Positions 9,365 through 17,685 of a stretch of 64,000 bases of DNA are shown piece after piece. Positions within the stretch are counted from its first letter, which is position 1. Every line of letters begins with the position of its first letter. The position numbers and the translations under genes are program-made. A model generated the notes under the pieces. It saw nothing but the letters and a program-made list of their open reading frames with translations. It did not search any database and was not told where the DNA came from. Source of the DNA: Thermoplasmata archaeon. Lineage in GTDB: Archaea; Thermoplasmatota; Thermoplasmata; GCA-020350865. Location of the stretch: NCBI GenBank assembly GCA_020348445.1, contig CP070751.1, positions 32,001 to 96,000 on the forward strand, read 5' to 3'.

Positions 9365-9739
9365 TCAGCTCTTCCATAAACCGTGGACATTGCAGTACTC
9401 CCTAGCAAAAGAAATATCCCTTTTACAGTCAAATACCGCTTCAGGGGCCTCCCCTGGTTTCAGGTACCTTCGAACAACACCTGAATCAGTCACTATCTCT
9501 ATCCATTCTATGTAGTGTGCGTCTTCCATTGGATGTGGAACTGAACCCACCTTGACCTTTGTGCTGGACTCTGTCTTCTCAACCACTGGTACGTGCTTCT
9601 CAGTGGTGGCATCTGCTGTCTTTTCCTCAAACAGCTTCATTGGCTGTCCGCAGCACACGAGTTCACCTGCACCTCCATGCAGTACCTCCACTATGTTCCC
9701 GCATATCTCACACTTATAGACTTCCAATCTCTTTGCCAT
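9365..9739 (-). CDS. dfx: Desulfoferrodoxin (2Fe superoxide reductase)
   Basis: Desulforedoxin centre CEIC..CCG plus [17 protein letters not shown] and CNVHG. Confidence 0.95.
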   Translation of the reverse strand: MAKRLEVYKCEICGNIVEVLHGGAGELVCCGQPMKLFEEKTADATTEKHVPVVEKTESSTKVKVGSVPHPMEDAHYIEWIEIVTDSGVVRRYLKPGEAPEAVFDCKRDISFAREYCNVHGLWKS

Positions 9740-9771
9740 ATTTTCTCCTCCATTCAAATTTCCAAGTCACT

Positions 9772-10014
9772 TTATTTTGTTCTTTTTATAAAGAAGGTCA
9801 TTTGTGCTCCTTCTTTTTGGAATTTTAAAACTTCATGTCCCGTCCTTTTGGCCCATCGCTTTATGTCCTCTTCTGCAGCTGGATCGTCTGCTTCAACCTT
9901 TAGGACCTGGCCGATTTCGATTTTATCGATCTCTTCCTTTGTCCTGGCAATTGGTATTGGGCAGTACAGACCTATGCAGTCAAGTTCTGCATCAGCGACG
10001 ATGTCGGAATTCAT
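9772..10014 (-). CDS. tusA: TusA/SirA-family sulfur carrier
   Basis: LDCIGLYCPIP (CPxP) and DDPAAEEDI motifs. Confidence 0.85.
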   Translation of the reverse strand: MNSDIVADAELDCIGLYCPIPIARTKEEIDKIEIGQVLKVEADDPAAEEDIKRWAKRTGHEVLKFQKEGAQMTFFIKRTK

Positions 10015-10038
10015 TTTTTTACCTCCATCTTATTGCAT

Positions 10039-10191
10039 TCACAATCTTTTATCAACGCCTGTATCCTCGCACTCGGGAATGTAGCATGTCACATTCACAA
10101 ATTCGCACTTGTGATTGCATGATGGACATTCCGCAGGGGGATTCTCGGCATTTAATTGATATCCACAATCAGAGCATTTCCATTCCGGCAT
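10039..10191 (-). CDS. 50-aa rubredoxin-like microprotein with extra cysteines (not in ORF track)
   Basis: Hand translation: MPEWKCSDCGYQLNAENPPAECPSCNHKCEFVNVTCYIPECEDTGVDKRL*. GAGGAGGTGA RBS; in operon order. Confidence 0.85.
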   Translation of the reverse strand: MPEWKCSDCGYQLNAENPPAECPSCNHKCEFVNVTCYIPECEDTGVDKRL

Positions 10192-10207
10192 ATCTTCACC
10201 TCCTCAT

Positions 10208-10321
10208 TCAATCTGGCAGTTTAACGAACTTTGAAGCAGGTGCGCCGCATTTTGGGCATCTTCTTGGAGGCGCATCCCCCTCATGTATGTAATTGCACAC
10301 CAAACATTTCCATCTCGTCAT
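10208..10321 (-). CDS. 37-aa rubredoxin-like microprotein (not in ORF track)
   Basis: Hand translation: MTRWKCLVCNYIHEGDAPPRRCPKCGAPASKFVKLPD*. GAGGAG RBS. Confidence 0.85.
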   Translation of the reverse strand: MTRWKCLVCNYIHEGDAPPRRCPKCGAPASKFVKLPD

Positions 10322-10331
10322 CTTCATCTCC

Positions 10332-10484
10332 TCATTTCACTCTCTTCATTGGTGCACCACAGCAATACGGCACAGATTTTGGCTCCTCATCAAATTCAAT
10401 GACGCCGCAGGCGCAATCGTCTCCACAATCACATTTGTATACAACCGGTTTTTCTGGTACGCTACATCCGCATGTTTCACACAT
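10332..10484 (-). CDS. 50-aa nine-cysteine desulforedoxin/metallothionein-like microprotein (not in ORF track)
   Basis: Hand translation: MCETCGCSVPEKPVVYKCDCGDDCACGVIEFDEEPKSVPYCCGAPMKRVK*. GGAGGTGA RBS. Confidence 0.8.
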   Translation of the reverse strand: MCETCGCSVPEKPVVYKCDCGDDCACGVIEFDEEPKSVPYCCGAPMKRVK

Positions 10485-10502
10485 ATTTTTCACCTCCAAA
10501 TT

Positions 10503-11681
10503 TCATACTTTGATCAGTTTTCCCAATTCACATCCAATTTTTTTTACATTTGCCAATTCATCCTCATCAGGAATGAATTTGATCTTCGTGCATTGAACGG
10601 GTAACTCCCATTTCAGCTCCTTCATGATTTCTTCAATATCACCAACAGCTTGTCCGCCCCAACCATAGGAGCCGAATGCAAAGCCAATTCTGTTTCTGGG
10701 ACGAAGGCCTTTAAGGTAAGTGAGAAAGGCTCCCATGGATGGGAGCATGCCATTGTTGAGGGTAGGGGAACCTATCAGAATCATCTTTGTTGATATAACA
10801 TCTGTCATAACATCCGAGATATGATTTGTCTTGAGACTTCTGATGGTCACATATATACCCGCATCCTCCAATCCTTCTTTAAGCTTGTATGCCATCTTCT
10901 TTGTCGATTCCCACATTGAATCGTACACAATTAGAGCTTTATTTTCTGTCTTATGATTTGCCCATTTGGTATATTCCTCCAGAATATTGGGGATAAGAGA
11001 GCGCCATATGATACCATGACTGGGCCCTATCATATCGATCTCCAAACCAGATAGGGCCTCAAGCGCCTTTTTTACTTGGTCCCCATATGGTAGGACTATA
11101 TTGGCATAGTATTTGGCTGCTTCTTCTTTTAATATCTCCAAGCCAATTTCATCATCGAACCTCTCAGAACAGGCAATATGCTGCCCAAAGGCATCGTTTG
11201 GCAGAAGCAGCTTGTCTTCAGGAATATATGTGACCATATTATCGGGCCAGTGAACCATTGGAGTGTGAACAAAATGTAAGGTTCGCTTCCCGATATTCAG
11301 CGTATCCCCCGAGTTGACCACCTGAAAGTTCAGGTCTTTTTTGTAGTGCCGTAAAAGGCCTTTTTCACCCTGTGTAGAGGTTATTACCTTGGCATTGGTT
11401 GCATATTCTAGAATTTTTAGAATTGAACCCGAATGGTCCATTTCCACATGGTTTGACACTATATAGTCTATCTTTGTCGGGTCTATTATTTCCCTGATTC
11501 TCGCCAGCATCTCTTCAAACAGATAATGCTTTACAGTATCCACGAGAACTATCTTTTCATCTAGGATCAGATATGCATTGTATGTCGTTCCTCTTTGGGT
11601 TAGATATCCGTGGAAGTTCCTGATATCCCAGTCTACGCCTCCAACCCAATATATATTTGGTTTGATCTCTTTCTTACCCAA
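10503..11681 (-). CDS. fprA: Flavodiiron protein (FprA/ROO, O2/NO reductase)
   Basis: TTYNAYLI, HVEMDH, HWPD, DAFG, PSHG and flavodoxin motifs (YDSMWEST, GSPT, FGSYGWGG). Start at TTG 11681 after a GGAGTGA RBS; the longer track start overlaps the rubredoxin gene. Confidence 0.95.
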   Translation of the reverse strand: MGKKEIKPNIYWVGGVDWDIRNFHGYLTQRGTTYNAYLILDEKIVLVDTVKHYLFEEMLARIREIIDPTKIDYIVSNHVEMDHSGSILKILEYATNAKVITSTQGEKGLLRHYKKDLNFQVVNSGDTLNIGKRTLHFVHTPMVHWPDNMVTYIPEDKLLLPNDAFGQHIACSERFDDEIGLEILKEEAAKYYANIVLPYGDQVKKALEALSGLEIDMIGPSHGIIWRSLIPNILEEYTKWANHKTENKALIVYDSMWESTKKMAYKLKEGLEDAGIYVTIRSLKTNHISDVMTDVISTKMILIGSPTLNNGMLPSMGAFLTYLKGLRPRNRIGFAFGSYGWGGQAVGDIEEIMKELKWELPVQCTKIKFIPDEDELANVKKIGCELGKLIKV

Positions 11682-11694
11682 GGTATCACTCCTA

Positions 11695-11853
11695 TTAGAT
11701 CTTCTTAAAATCTTCTTTTGCTGCTCCGCATGTGGGACAAACCCAGTCAGCTGGAAGGGATTCAAAAGCAGTCCCAGGGGCCACATTGTTATCTGGGTCG
11801 CCTACTTCAGGGTCATATACATATCCACATATCTGGCACTCATACTTATCCAT
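11695..11853 (-). CDS. rub: Rubredoxin (52 aa; not in ORF track)
   Basis: Hand translation: [62 protein letters not shown]. Confidence 0.97.
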   Translation of the reverse strand: MDKYECQICGYVYDPEVGDPDNNVAPGTAFESLPADWVCPTCGAAKEDFKKI

Positions 11854-11866
11854 ATTTCTCTCCCCC

Positions 11867-12292
11867 TTAATTATTCGTCACTGTTTTCCTTTTTCCTCTG
11901 CAAACATTACATATGCCTTTAAAGTATCCGTGGACCTCATCCACCTTGTATTTACCCTTCAACATCTTGTTGAGTTTTGGGCACTCAACATCAATGTCAA
12001 TTATTTTACCACAGCTTTTGCAGAGGAAATGATGGTGAAGGGTATTTTTGAAATCATACCTAAGCTCTGATTCTGAGATGGTAAGCACTTGTACAATATT
12101 ATATTTTCTCAATATCTCTAATGTATTATATACCGTCGTTTTGGATAATGCTGGGTTCTTCTTTTTAAGATCTGAATAAATCTTTTCCACATCAGGATGT
12201 GTCATATGTTCATCGAGATATTTCATAATCTCCAGCCTCTGAGGGGTTACTTTTATCCCGTTTTCTTTCAAGATATTTACATATTTTTTCAA
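11867..12292 (-). CDS. perR: Fur-family regulator, PerR-like
   Basis: [30 protein letters not shown] and C-terminal GICNVC. It heads the oxidative-stress operon. Confidence 0.8.
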   Translation of the reverse strand: MKKYVNILKENGIKVTPQRLEIMKYLDEHMTHPDVEKIYSDLKKKNPALSKTTVYNTLEILRKYNIVQVLTISESELRYDFKNTLHHHFLCKSCGKIIDIDVECPKLNKMLKGKYKVDEVHGYFKGICNVCRGKRKTVTNN

Positions 12293-12326
12293 GGGTTTGC
12301 ACCTCGGACTTGGAATTATTTTCAGT

Positions 12327-12341
12327 TTGTAATCATTTCAA
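12327..12341. promoter_or_regulatory. Candidate PerR/Fur operator (7-1-7 inverted repeat)
   Basis: TTGTAAT-C-ATTTCAA, 11/14 matches to the TTATAATnATTATAA Per box. It lies between a minus-strand BRE/TATA (about 12366-12380) and the perR start. Confidence 0.45.
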
Positions 12342-12421
12342 TGTAACACCGGATACAAGTTCCATTATTTATAGTTTTCTACTTTTAGTGGGATACAGGT
12401 TTCGGTTATCCCCCCCTTACC

Positions 12422-13825
12422 CTAGTGTCCATGTCCATGGTCATGCTCATGACCTGGCTGTTTGAGACTTGCGAAGGCGTTTATTACCACCTCGCTTAGA
12501 GCAGGATGAATTATCTGCGAGGTGACAAGTGGCATGTAATCTTGCTCCCCTGCATTCATAAGGTAGACCACCTGTTGTACCAGGTCTGCTGCTTCCGAGC
12601 CAACAATGTGACAGCCCAGTATCTTCCGGGATTCTCCATCAACAACAACCTTCACGAGGCTGTCCTCTTCCCCCATGGCAAATCCTTTGGCCACATCAGT
12701 ATATTTGGCCTTACCAACCAAAATGGCATATCCTGCGGCCTTTGCCTCGGCTTCCGTCATTCCTACAGACCCTACAGTTGGATAGCCAAATACGGCATGT
12801 GGAACTGCATGGTAATCTGTTTTTTGTTTATGCTCTGTAAATGCGTTCCTCCACACTATACTTGATTCGTAGTTGGCTGTGTGCCTGAACATATATTTGC
12901 CTGTGGCATCGCCCAGGGCCCAGATATTAGGCTTGCTGGTTTCAAGATACTCGTTTACAATAATCCAGCCGTTTTTATCGGTGGCAACGCCGGTTTTTTC
13001 GGGCTTAAGCAGATCTGCATTGGATTTTCTGCCTATTGCCAGCATGATCTCCTCGGCTTTGAATTTGTACACCTTGTTATCCTGTCTGTTCTTTGCCAAG
13101 ACAACCTTCTGATGACCTTCTTTTCTCACTTCCCGCGCCTCGTAACCCGTATAAACATTGGCATATTTTGAAAAACGATTTTTAACTATCTCCGATATTT
13201 CGGGCTCCTCCCTTTTAAGCAATCTCGGGTTTCTGCCAAGTACGGTCACATTGGTTCCAATGGCAGAGAAGAAATGCCCGAACTCGCATGCTATGTACCC
13301 CCCGCCCATTATTATGAGGCTCTTTGGCTGTTTTTTAAGATCGAATACCGAAATGTTGTCGATGTAACCTGCTTCTTTTAATCCTGGAATCGGCAAGACG
13401 AGCAACCTGGCCCCTGAAGCTATAACTATCTTGGGTGCCGTGATCGTATCTGAACCAACCTTCAATGTGTAATCCTTGATAAATTCCCCTGTTTCACGGA
13501 ACCATGTGATCGCATCTGTTGATGCGATGCCCCTTTCCATCTCAATTCTGCCCTCATCAACAAAATTACGCATCCGTTTCATTATGAAGGGAAAGTCCAC
13601 CTTTGTGACTTTGCCAAACACCCCGATTGCCGAGGCGTCATCCATATTGCGGATGACATCAGCAGGATGAAGAAGGATTTTTGAAGGGATGCATCCGTAA
13701 TTAAGGCAGGTGCCCCCCATGAGGTAGCGCTCCACAATCGCCACGTTCAATCCGGCATTGACTGCGTTGGATGCTATGTTCATACCGGCTCCAGAACCAA
13801 TAACTATGAGATCGAATTTCTTCAT
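12422..13825 (-). CDS. FAD-dependent pyridine nucleotide-disulfide oxidoreductase, class I (mycothione/glutathione-reductase-like)
   Basis: GSGAG, GGTCLNYGCIPSK, GGGYIA followed by GRNPR, HP..SE, and a His-rich C-terminus. Confidence 0.85.
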   Translation of the reverse strand: MKKFDLIVIGSGAGMNIASNAVNAGLNVAIVERYLMGGTCLNYGCIPSKILLHPADVIRNMDDASAIGVFGKVTKVDFPFIMKRMRNFVDEGRIEMERGIASTDAITWFRETGEFIKDYTLKVGSDTITAPKIVIASGARLLVLPIPGLKEAGYIDNISVFDLKKQPKSLIIMGGGYIACEFGHFFSAIGTNVTVLGRNPRLLKREEPEISEIVKNRFSKYANVYTGYEAREVRKEGHQKVVLAKNRQDNKVYKFKAEEIMLAIGRKSNADLLKPEKTGVATDKNGWIIVNEYLETSKPNIWALGDATGKYMFRHTANYESSIVWRNAFTEHKQKTDYHAVPHAVFGYPTVGSVGMTEAEAKAAGYAILVGKAKYTDVAKGFAMGEEDSLVKVVVDGESRKILGCHIVGSEAADLVQQVVYLMNAGEQDYMPLVTSQIIHPALSEVVINAFASLKQPGHEHDHGHGH

Positions 13826-13876
13826 TTCAACCCCCCATAAACTTAATTCCGAAATGTATTGCGCCTATAATAATTT

Positions 13877-13894
13877 CACCTATTTTAATAGGTG
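13877..13894. promoter_or_regulatory. Perfect inverted repeat between divergent genes (candidate operator)
   Basis: CACCTATT-TT-AATAGGTG. Confidence 0.4.
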
Positions 13895-13953
13895 TAGTAT
13901 CTCTTGGTTACATGCAAAGCTTTTAGTTGTAAAATAAATATCACCTTGGGATT

Positions 13954-14241
13954 ATGATGACGAAAGTTGAGGGAAAAAACCGTGAACATAAGGTCACGAT
14001 ATATACATTGAGCACATGCGGTTGGTGCAAGAAAACAAAAAAACTTTTAAAAGACCTGGAAGTGGAGTACGAATACTTTGATATCGACATTTTAACAGGC
14101 GGGGAAGAAGGTAGGATTCGGGAAGAGATGAGAAAGCACAATCCCAGAATGGCTGCACCCACGATAGTTGTGGATGATGGAAAAGAGGTCATCGTGGGAT
14201 TTGAAGAAGAGAAGATAAGGAGGGCTCTTGGCCATGGCTGA
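13954..14241 (+). CDS. Glutaredoxin/NrdH-like redoxin
   Basis: TCGWC active site and the cis-Pro motif APTIVV. Confidence 0.9.
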   Translation: MMTKVEGKNREHKVTIYTLSTCGWCKKTKKLLKDLEVEYEYFDIDILTGGEEGRIREEMRKHNPRMAAPTIVVDDGKEVIVGFEEEKIRRALGHG

Positions 14242-14779
14242 TAAAAATGCAATCCTAAATCGGACGAAAAAGAACGCAGAGGACAATGGCTATTATGTAT
14301 GTCCAGATGAGGATCTTTTAAAGGACCTCATCGATGGTTTGGCCACAAACGAGGACAGATACGGATATGGTGCCTGCCCATGCAGGATATCAAGCGGGCT
14401 AAAACAGTACGATTCAGATATCATATGCCCTTGCGAATACAGGGATGCCGATGTTGCCGAGTTCGGTATGTGCTACTGCGGGCTCTTCGTGTCAGAAACG
14501 ATAAAAAATGATCCCTCTAAAATGAAACCCGTTCCTGAAAGGCGTCCTGTGGAGGCCCAGGATGCAGGTATGGAGGCCAAGGCAAAAGCTGAATCTGGGG
14601 AAGAGATGCCCTCCCCTTCCGAATCCCATGAACATGTTCAAGTTGGAACAGACTCAAAAGGAATCCCTATCTGGCGGTGCGTAGTATGCGGCTATCTATG
14701 TGCAAGGGAACTGCCCCCACCCATATGCCCAATCTGTAAAGCCAAAGCCGATAAGTTCGAGAGATTCAGTTTTGGGTAG
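14234..14779 (+). CDS. Ferredoxin-thioredoxin reductase catalytic-subunit-like protein fused to a rubredoxin domain
   Basis: CPC, CPC and CYC motifs of the FTR catalytic subunit, then CVVC..CPIC. Overlaps the glutaredoxin stop. Confidence 0.88.
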   Translation: MADKNAILNRTKKNAEDNGYYVCPDEDLLKDLIDGLATNEDRYGYGACPCRISSGLKQYDSDIICPCEYRDADVAEFGMCYCGLFVSETIKNDPSKMKPVPERRPVEAQDAGMEAKAKAESGEEMPSPSESHEHVQVGTDSKGIPIWRCVVCGYLCARELPPPICPICKAKADKFERFSFG

Positions 14780-14868
14780 ATTTTACCTGAAGGGCACTGA
14801 GCTTTCTATCCTTTTTCTCTTGTGGGATGAAAAAACATTAATACACCAAATAACACATTCCCCAAATC

Positions 14869-15765
14869 ATGCCCGAACCCGACAAAGAGACTGTGGTTGA
14901 CGCTGTCCAAAACGTTGCCGGAATTACGGTGGTCATTCTCGTGATTCTGGGCATAATCCAGATCGTTCTGAGTGCAACCATCTCAAAAAGTGTCGCACTC
15001 ACTGCCAATGGAATCGATTGCATAGGAGACGGCTTCGTCTCGGGTATAGTATGGGTTGGATTGAGATTTTTCAGAAAACCTGCAGATCATAGGTTCCATT
15101 TCGGTTACTATAAACTCGAAAACCTTGCTGCAATAGGAGCGGCAGTTGTCATGATAGTTTTGGCCTCGTACATAACATACAGATCATATTTACAGCTTAT
15201 CGACCCTCATGAAATCCAGCTGCCTCTAATTGGTGCCTTTGTTGCACTTATCGCAGCCCTTATCGCCTGGGGTCTTGGAGTCAAGAAGTACAAGGAATGG
15301 AAGCAGTCCAATTTAAGTTCCGTGAAATTGGATGCCTACAATACCATTAAAGACGGCACGGCATCCTTTTTGGCGGTAATCGCCCTTTTAGTTTCTGGAT
15401 ATGGATACCCTGTGGCCGATGCAGTTGTGGGTTTTGTGATAGCCGGGATAATTCTGAGTATCGGATTTGCCACTATAAAAGAGGCCAGTTACGTTTTGGT
15501 AGATGCATGTGACACTGAATGCATCGAGCAGGGTCAGGTCATGATGAAATTTATAAATGGAATCGAGGGTGTACATTCTGCCAAGGTGGTTAGGCTCAGA
15601 CGCACAGGTCCTGTACTTCAGGGGGAGATCGAGATTCATGTCCCAGGGGATATGTCAATCTCAGAGGTGAACAAGATTCGAAACAAGATCACCTCGCAAC
15701 TAAAGGAAACCATCCCCGATATAGAGAGGTTGACTGTTGTTGCCCTGCCTGAGAAGGAGGATTAA
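14869..15765 (+). CDS. Cation diffusion facilitator (FieF/CDF family)
   Basis: Six hydrophobic segments, KPAD..FHFGYYKLE, and a C-terminal ZT dimerization domain. Confidence 0.9.
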   Translation: MPEPDKETVVDAVQNVAGITVVILVILGIIQIVLSATISKSVALTANGIDCIGDGFVSGIVWVGLRFFRKPADHRFHFGYYKLENLAAIGAAVVMIVLASYITYRSYLQLIDPHEIQLPLIGAFVALIAALIAWGLGVKKYKEWKQSNLSSVKLDAYNTIKDGTASFLAVIALLVSGYGYPVADAVVGFVIAGIILSIGFATIKEASYVLVDACDTECIEQGQVMMKFINGIEGVHSAKVVRLRRTGPVLQGEIEIHVPGDMSISEVNKIRNKITSQLKETIPDIERLTVVALPEKED

Positions 15766-15796
15766 AGTATTCAAGTAAAAAATGGAGGTGCAATGT

Positions 15797-16114
15797 ATGA
15801 CTTTAGAGCCAGAGGTTATGAAGGTTTCAGGCATGGTGGAGTACCAGGACGGCTCCGTAGTGAGCAGGACCCTAATCGATAAAGGCACAGGAACTGTTAC
15901 ATTGTTTGCCTTTGCCAAAGACCAGGGGCTAAGCGAGCACACTGCTCCGTTTGATGCCATGGTTCATATTATCGACGGTGAAGCCGAGATTATAATATCT
16001 GGAAAGAAGTATAATGTAAAAAACGGTGAAATGATAATCATGCCGGCAAACGAGCCCCATGCCCTGAACGCAACTGGAAAGTTCAAGATGATCCTTACGA
16101 TGATAAGATCTTGA
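15797..16114 (+). CDS. Cupin-domain protein
   Basis: LSEHTAP..G.AEI..G..IIMPANEPHAL cupin motifs. Start moved to the ATG at 15797, after GGAGGTG. Confidence 0.85.
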   Translation: MTLEPEVMKVSGMVEYQDGSVVSRTLIDKGTGTVTLFAFAKDQGLSEHTAPFDAMVHIIDGEAEIIISGKKYNVKNGEMIIMPANEPHALNATGKFKMILTMIRS

Positions 16115-16296
16115 ATTTTTACTTTTAGGATATATTATTGCAGGGGTAATTAAGATCCCAGTTGGGCAAAGGGATATTTTCGAGGAAAGCGAAGCTTTCC
16201 GAGTGGTGAATATAATTCGAAACATTTACATAGCCACTCATTATTTGGGTGTATGTATTGGAAATCTCTATAAAATAAAATGTAACGAGGGGGAAC

Positions 16297-16695
16297 ATGA
16301 CTGAAAAAAAGATCAGAGTTTTGATTGCAAAGCCCGGTTTAGATGGGCATGACAGAGGTGCCAAGGTCGTGGCAAGGGCCCTTCGGGACGCAGGCATGGA
16401 AGTGATTTACGTTGGCCTTAAGCAGACACCAGAGCAGATCGTGGAAACAGCGATTCAGGAGGATGTGGATGTAATTGGGCTCAGCTGCCTATCAGGGGCA
16501 CATACCTATCTGTTTCCAAAGGTCATGGAATTACTTAAGAAGAATAACGTCGAGGATATCCTGGTGACATGTGGCGGGATAATACCAGATGATGATGTGA
16601 AAACGCTAAACGAGGCGGGCATCAAGGGCATTTTTGGCCCTGGCTGCTCAACCGAGGATATTGTGGAGTTTATAAAACAGAATGTAAAAAGATGA
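16297..16695 (+). CDS. Cobalamin-binding small subunit of an acyl-CoA mutase
   Basis: [12 protein letters not shown] (DxHxxG), GLS.LSGAH and GGIIP. Confidence 0.93.
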   Translation: MTEKKIRVLIAKPGLDGHDRGAKVVARALRDAGMEVIYVGLKQTPEQIVETAIQEDVDVIGLSCLSGAHTYLFPKVMELLKKNNVEDILVTCGGIIPDDDVKTLNEAGIKGIFGPGCSTEDIVEFIKQNVKR

Positions 16696-16717
16696 TTTTA
16701 TTTCCCAGGGTGCCAAA

Positions 16718-17665
16718 ATGAAGCTTGAAGAGGGTGTTTTGAAGAAGGACAGAAGAGCGCTGGCGAGACTCATCACGCTTGTGGAGAATGATTCTGATGA
16801 GGCGCAAGAAGCGCTTCGCGTTCTTCATTCACATACCGGTAAAGCCCACATAATAGGTATAACAGGGCCTCCCGGCGGAGGTAAGAGCACCTTGGTGGAC
16901 AAACTCGCAAAGGAGCTGAGAAAGCGAAATAAGACAGTTGGAATAGTTGCAGTTGATCCCACGAGCCCCTTTACTGGAGGAGCACTTTTGGGTGACAGAA
17001 TAAGAATGTCTGAATTGAGCACAGATTCTGATGTCTTCATAAGAAGCATGGGCACGAGAGGCGCCCTTGGGGGAGTCGCCCGGGCCACCTCCGATGTTGT
17101 TAAACTACTTGACGCGTTCGGTAAGGATACTATATTCATAGAGACAGTGGGAACAGGACAGGCCGAGGTTGATATAGTAAAAATCGCACACACCACGATT
17201 ATTGTCACGATGCCAGGTCTAGGCGATGATATCCAGACGATCAAAGCGGGCATCATGGAAATCGGGGACATATTTGTTGTGAACAAGGCTGATCGTCAAG
17301 ATGCCGACAAGAAGGTCATGGAAATTCAGGCCATGCTGGAATTGGGACAGAAAAAGAATTCCTGGGAACCCCCCGTGTTAAAAACCACTGCAAGAGATGG
17401 GGTGGGAATCCCAGAGCTTCTTGATTTGGCAGAGAATCATTATAGGTGGCTTTTGGAGTCTGGAAATCTGAAAAAAATGAGTATCGAGAAAAGCAGGGCC
17501 GAGCTGTTTTCCATAATCGAGCAAAACGTTGAAAAGGTGGTAGTGGATAGGGTGGATGAGGGTGAAATTGATAAATTATGCCAGCAAATTGCCAATAAAG
17601 AAATCGATCCATACAAGGCAGCGGACGAGGTACTTGCAAAAACTGGAATTAAATTGAAAAAATGA
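16718..17665 (+). CDS. meaB: Acyl-CoA mutase-associated GTPase chaperone MeaB/ArgK
   Basis: GPPGGGKST, VDPTSP..GGALLGDRIRM, ETVGTGQ and NKAD. Confidence 0.93.
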   Translation: MKLEEGVLKKDRRALARLITLVENDSDEAQEALRVLHSHTGKAHIIGITGPPGGGKSTLVDKLAKELRKRNKTVGIVAVDPTSPFTGGALLGDRIRMSELSTDSDVFIRSMGTRGALGGVARATSDVVKLLDAFGKDTIFIETVGTGQAEVDIVKIAHTTIIVTMPGLGDDIQTIKAGIMEIGDIFVVNKADRQDADKKVMEIQAMLELGQKKNSWEPPVLKTTARDGVGIPELLDLAENHYRWLLESGNLKKMSIEKSRAELFSIIEQNVEKVVVDRVDEGEIDKLCQQIANKEIDPYKAADEVLAKTGIKLKK

Positions 17666-17685
17666 CACAGGTATGAGGGAATAGA

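Noticed and set aside
9559-10604. Plus-strand ORFs 9559-9828, 9593-10084, 9804-10292, 10231-10596 and 10293-10604
   Set aside because: They are antisense shadows of dfx, tusA and the three minus-strand microproteins, with no coherent protein features.
11682-11786. N-terminal extension of FprA given in the ORF track
   Set aside because: It overlaps a canonical rubredoxin gene in another frame, and a TTG with a strong RBS at 11681 gives the normal FprA length.
12422-13825. Dihydrolipoamide dehydrogenase (E3) call
   Set aside because: It has an NADPH-type motif and no E1/E2 or glycine-cleavage genes nearby. Kept as a generic disulfide reductase.
10039-14241. Selenocysteine readthrough at TGA stops of redox genes
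   Set aside because: All catalytic Cys motifs are complete before the stops, and the next genes begin immediately downstream.
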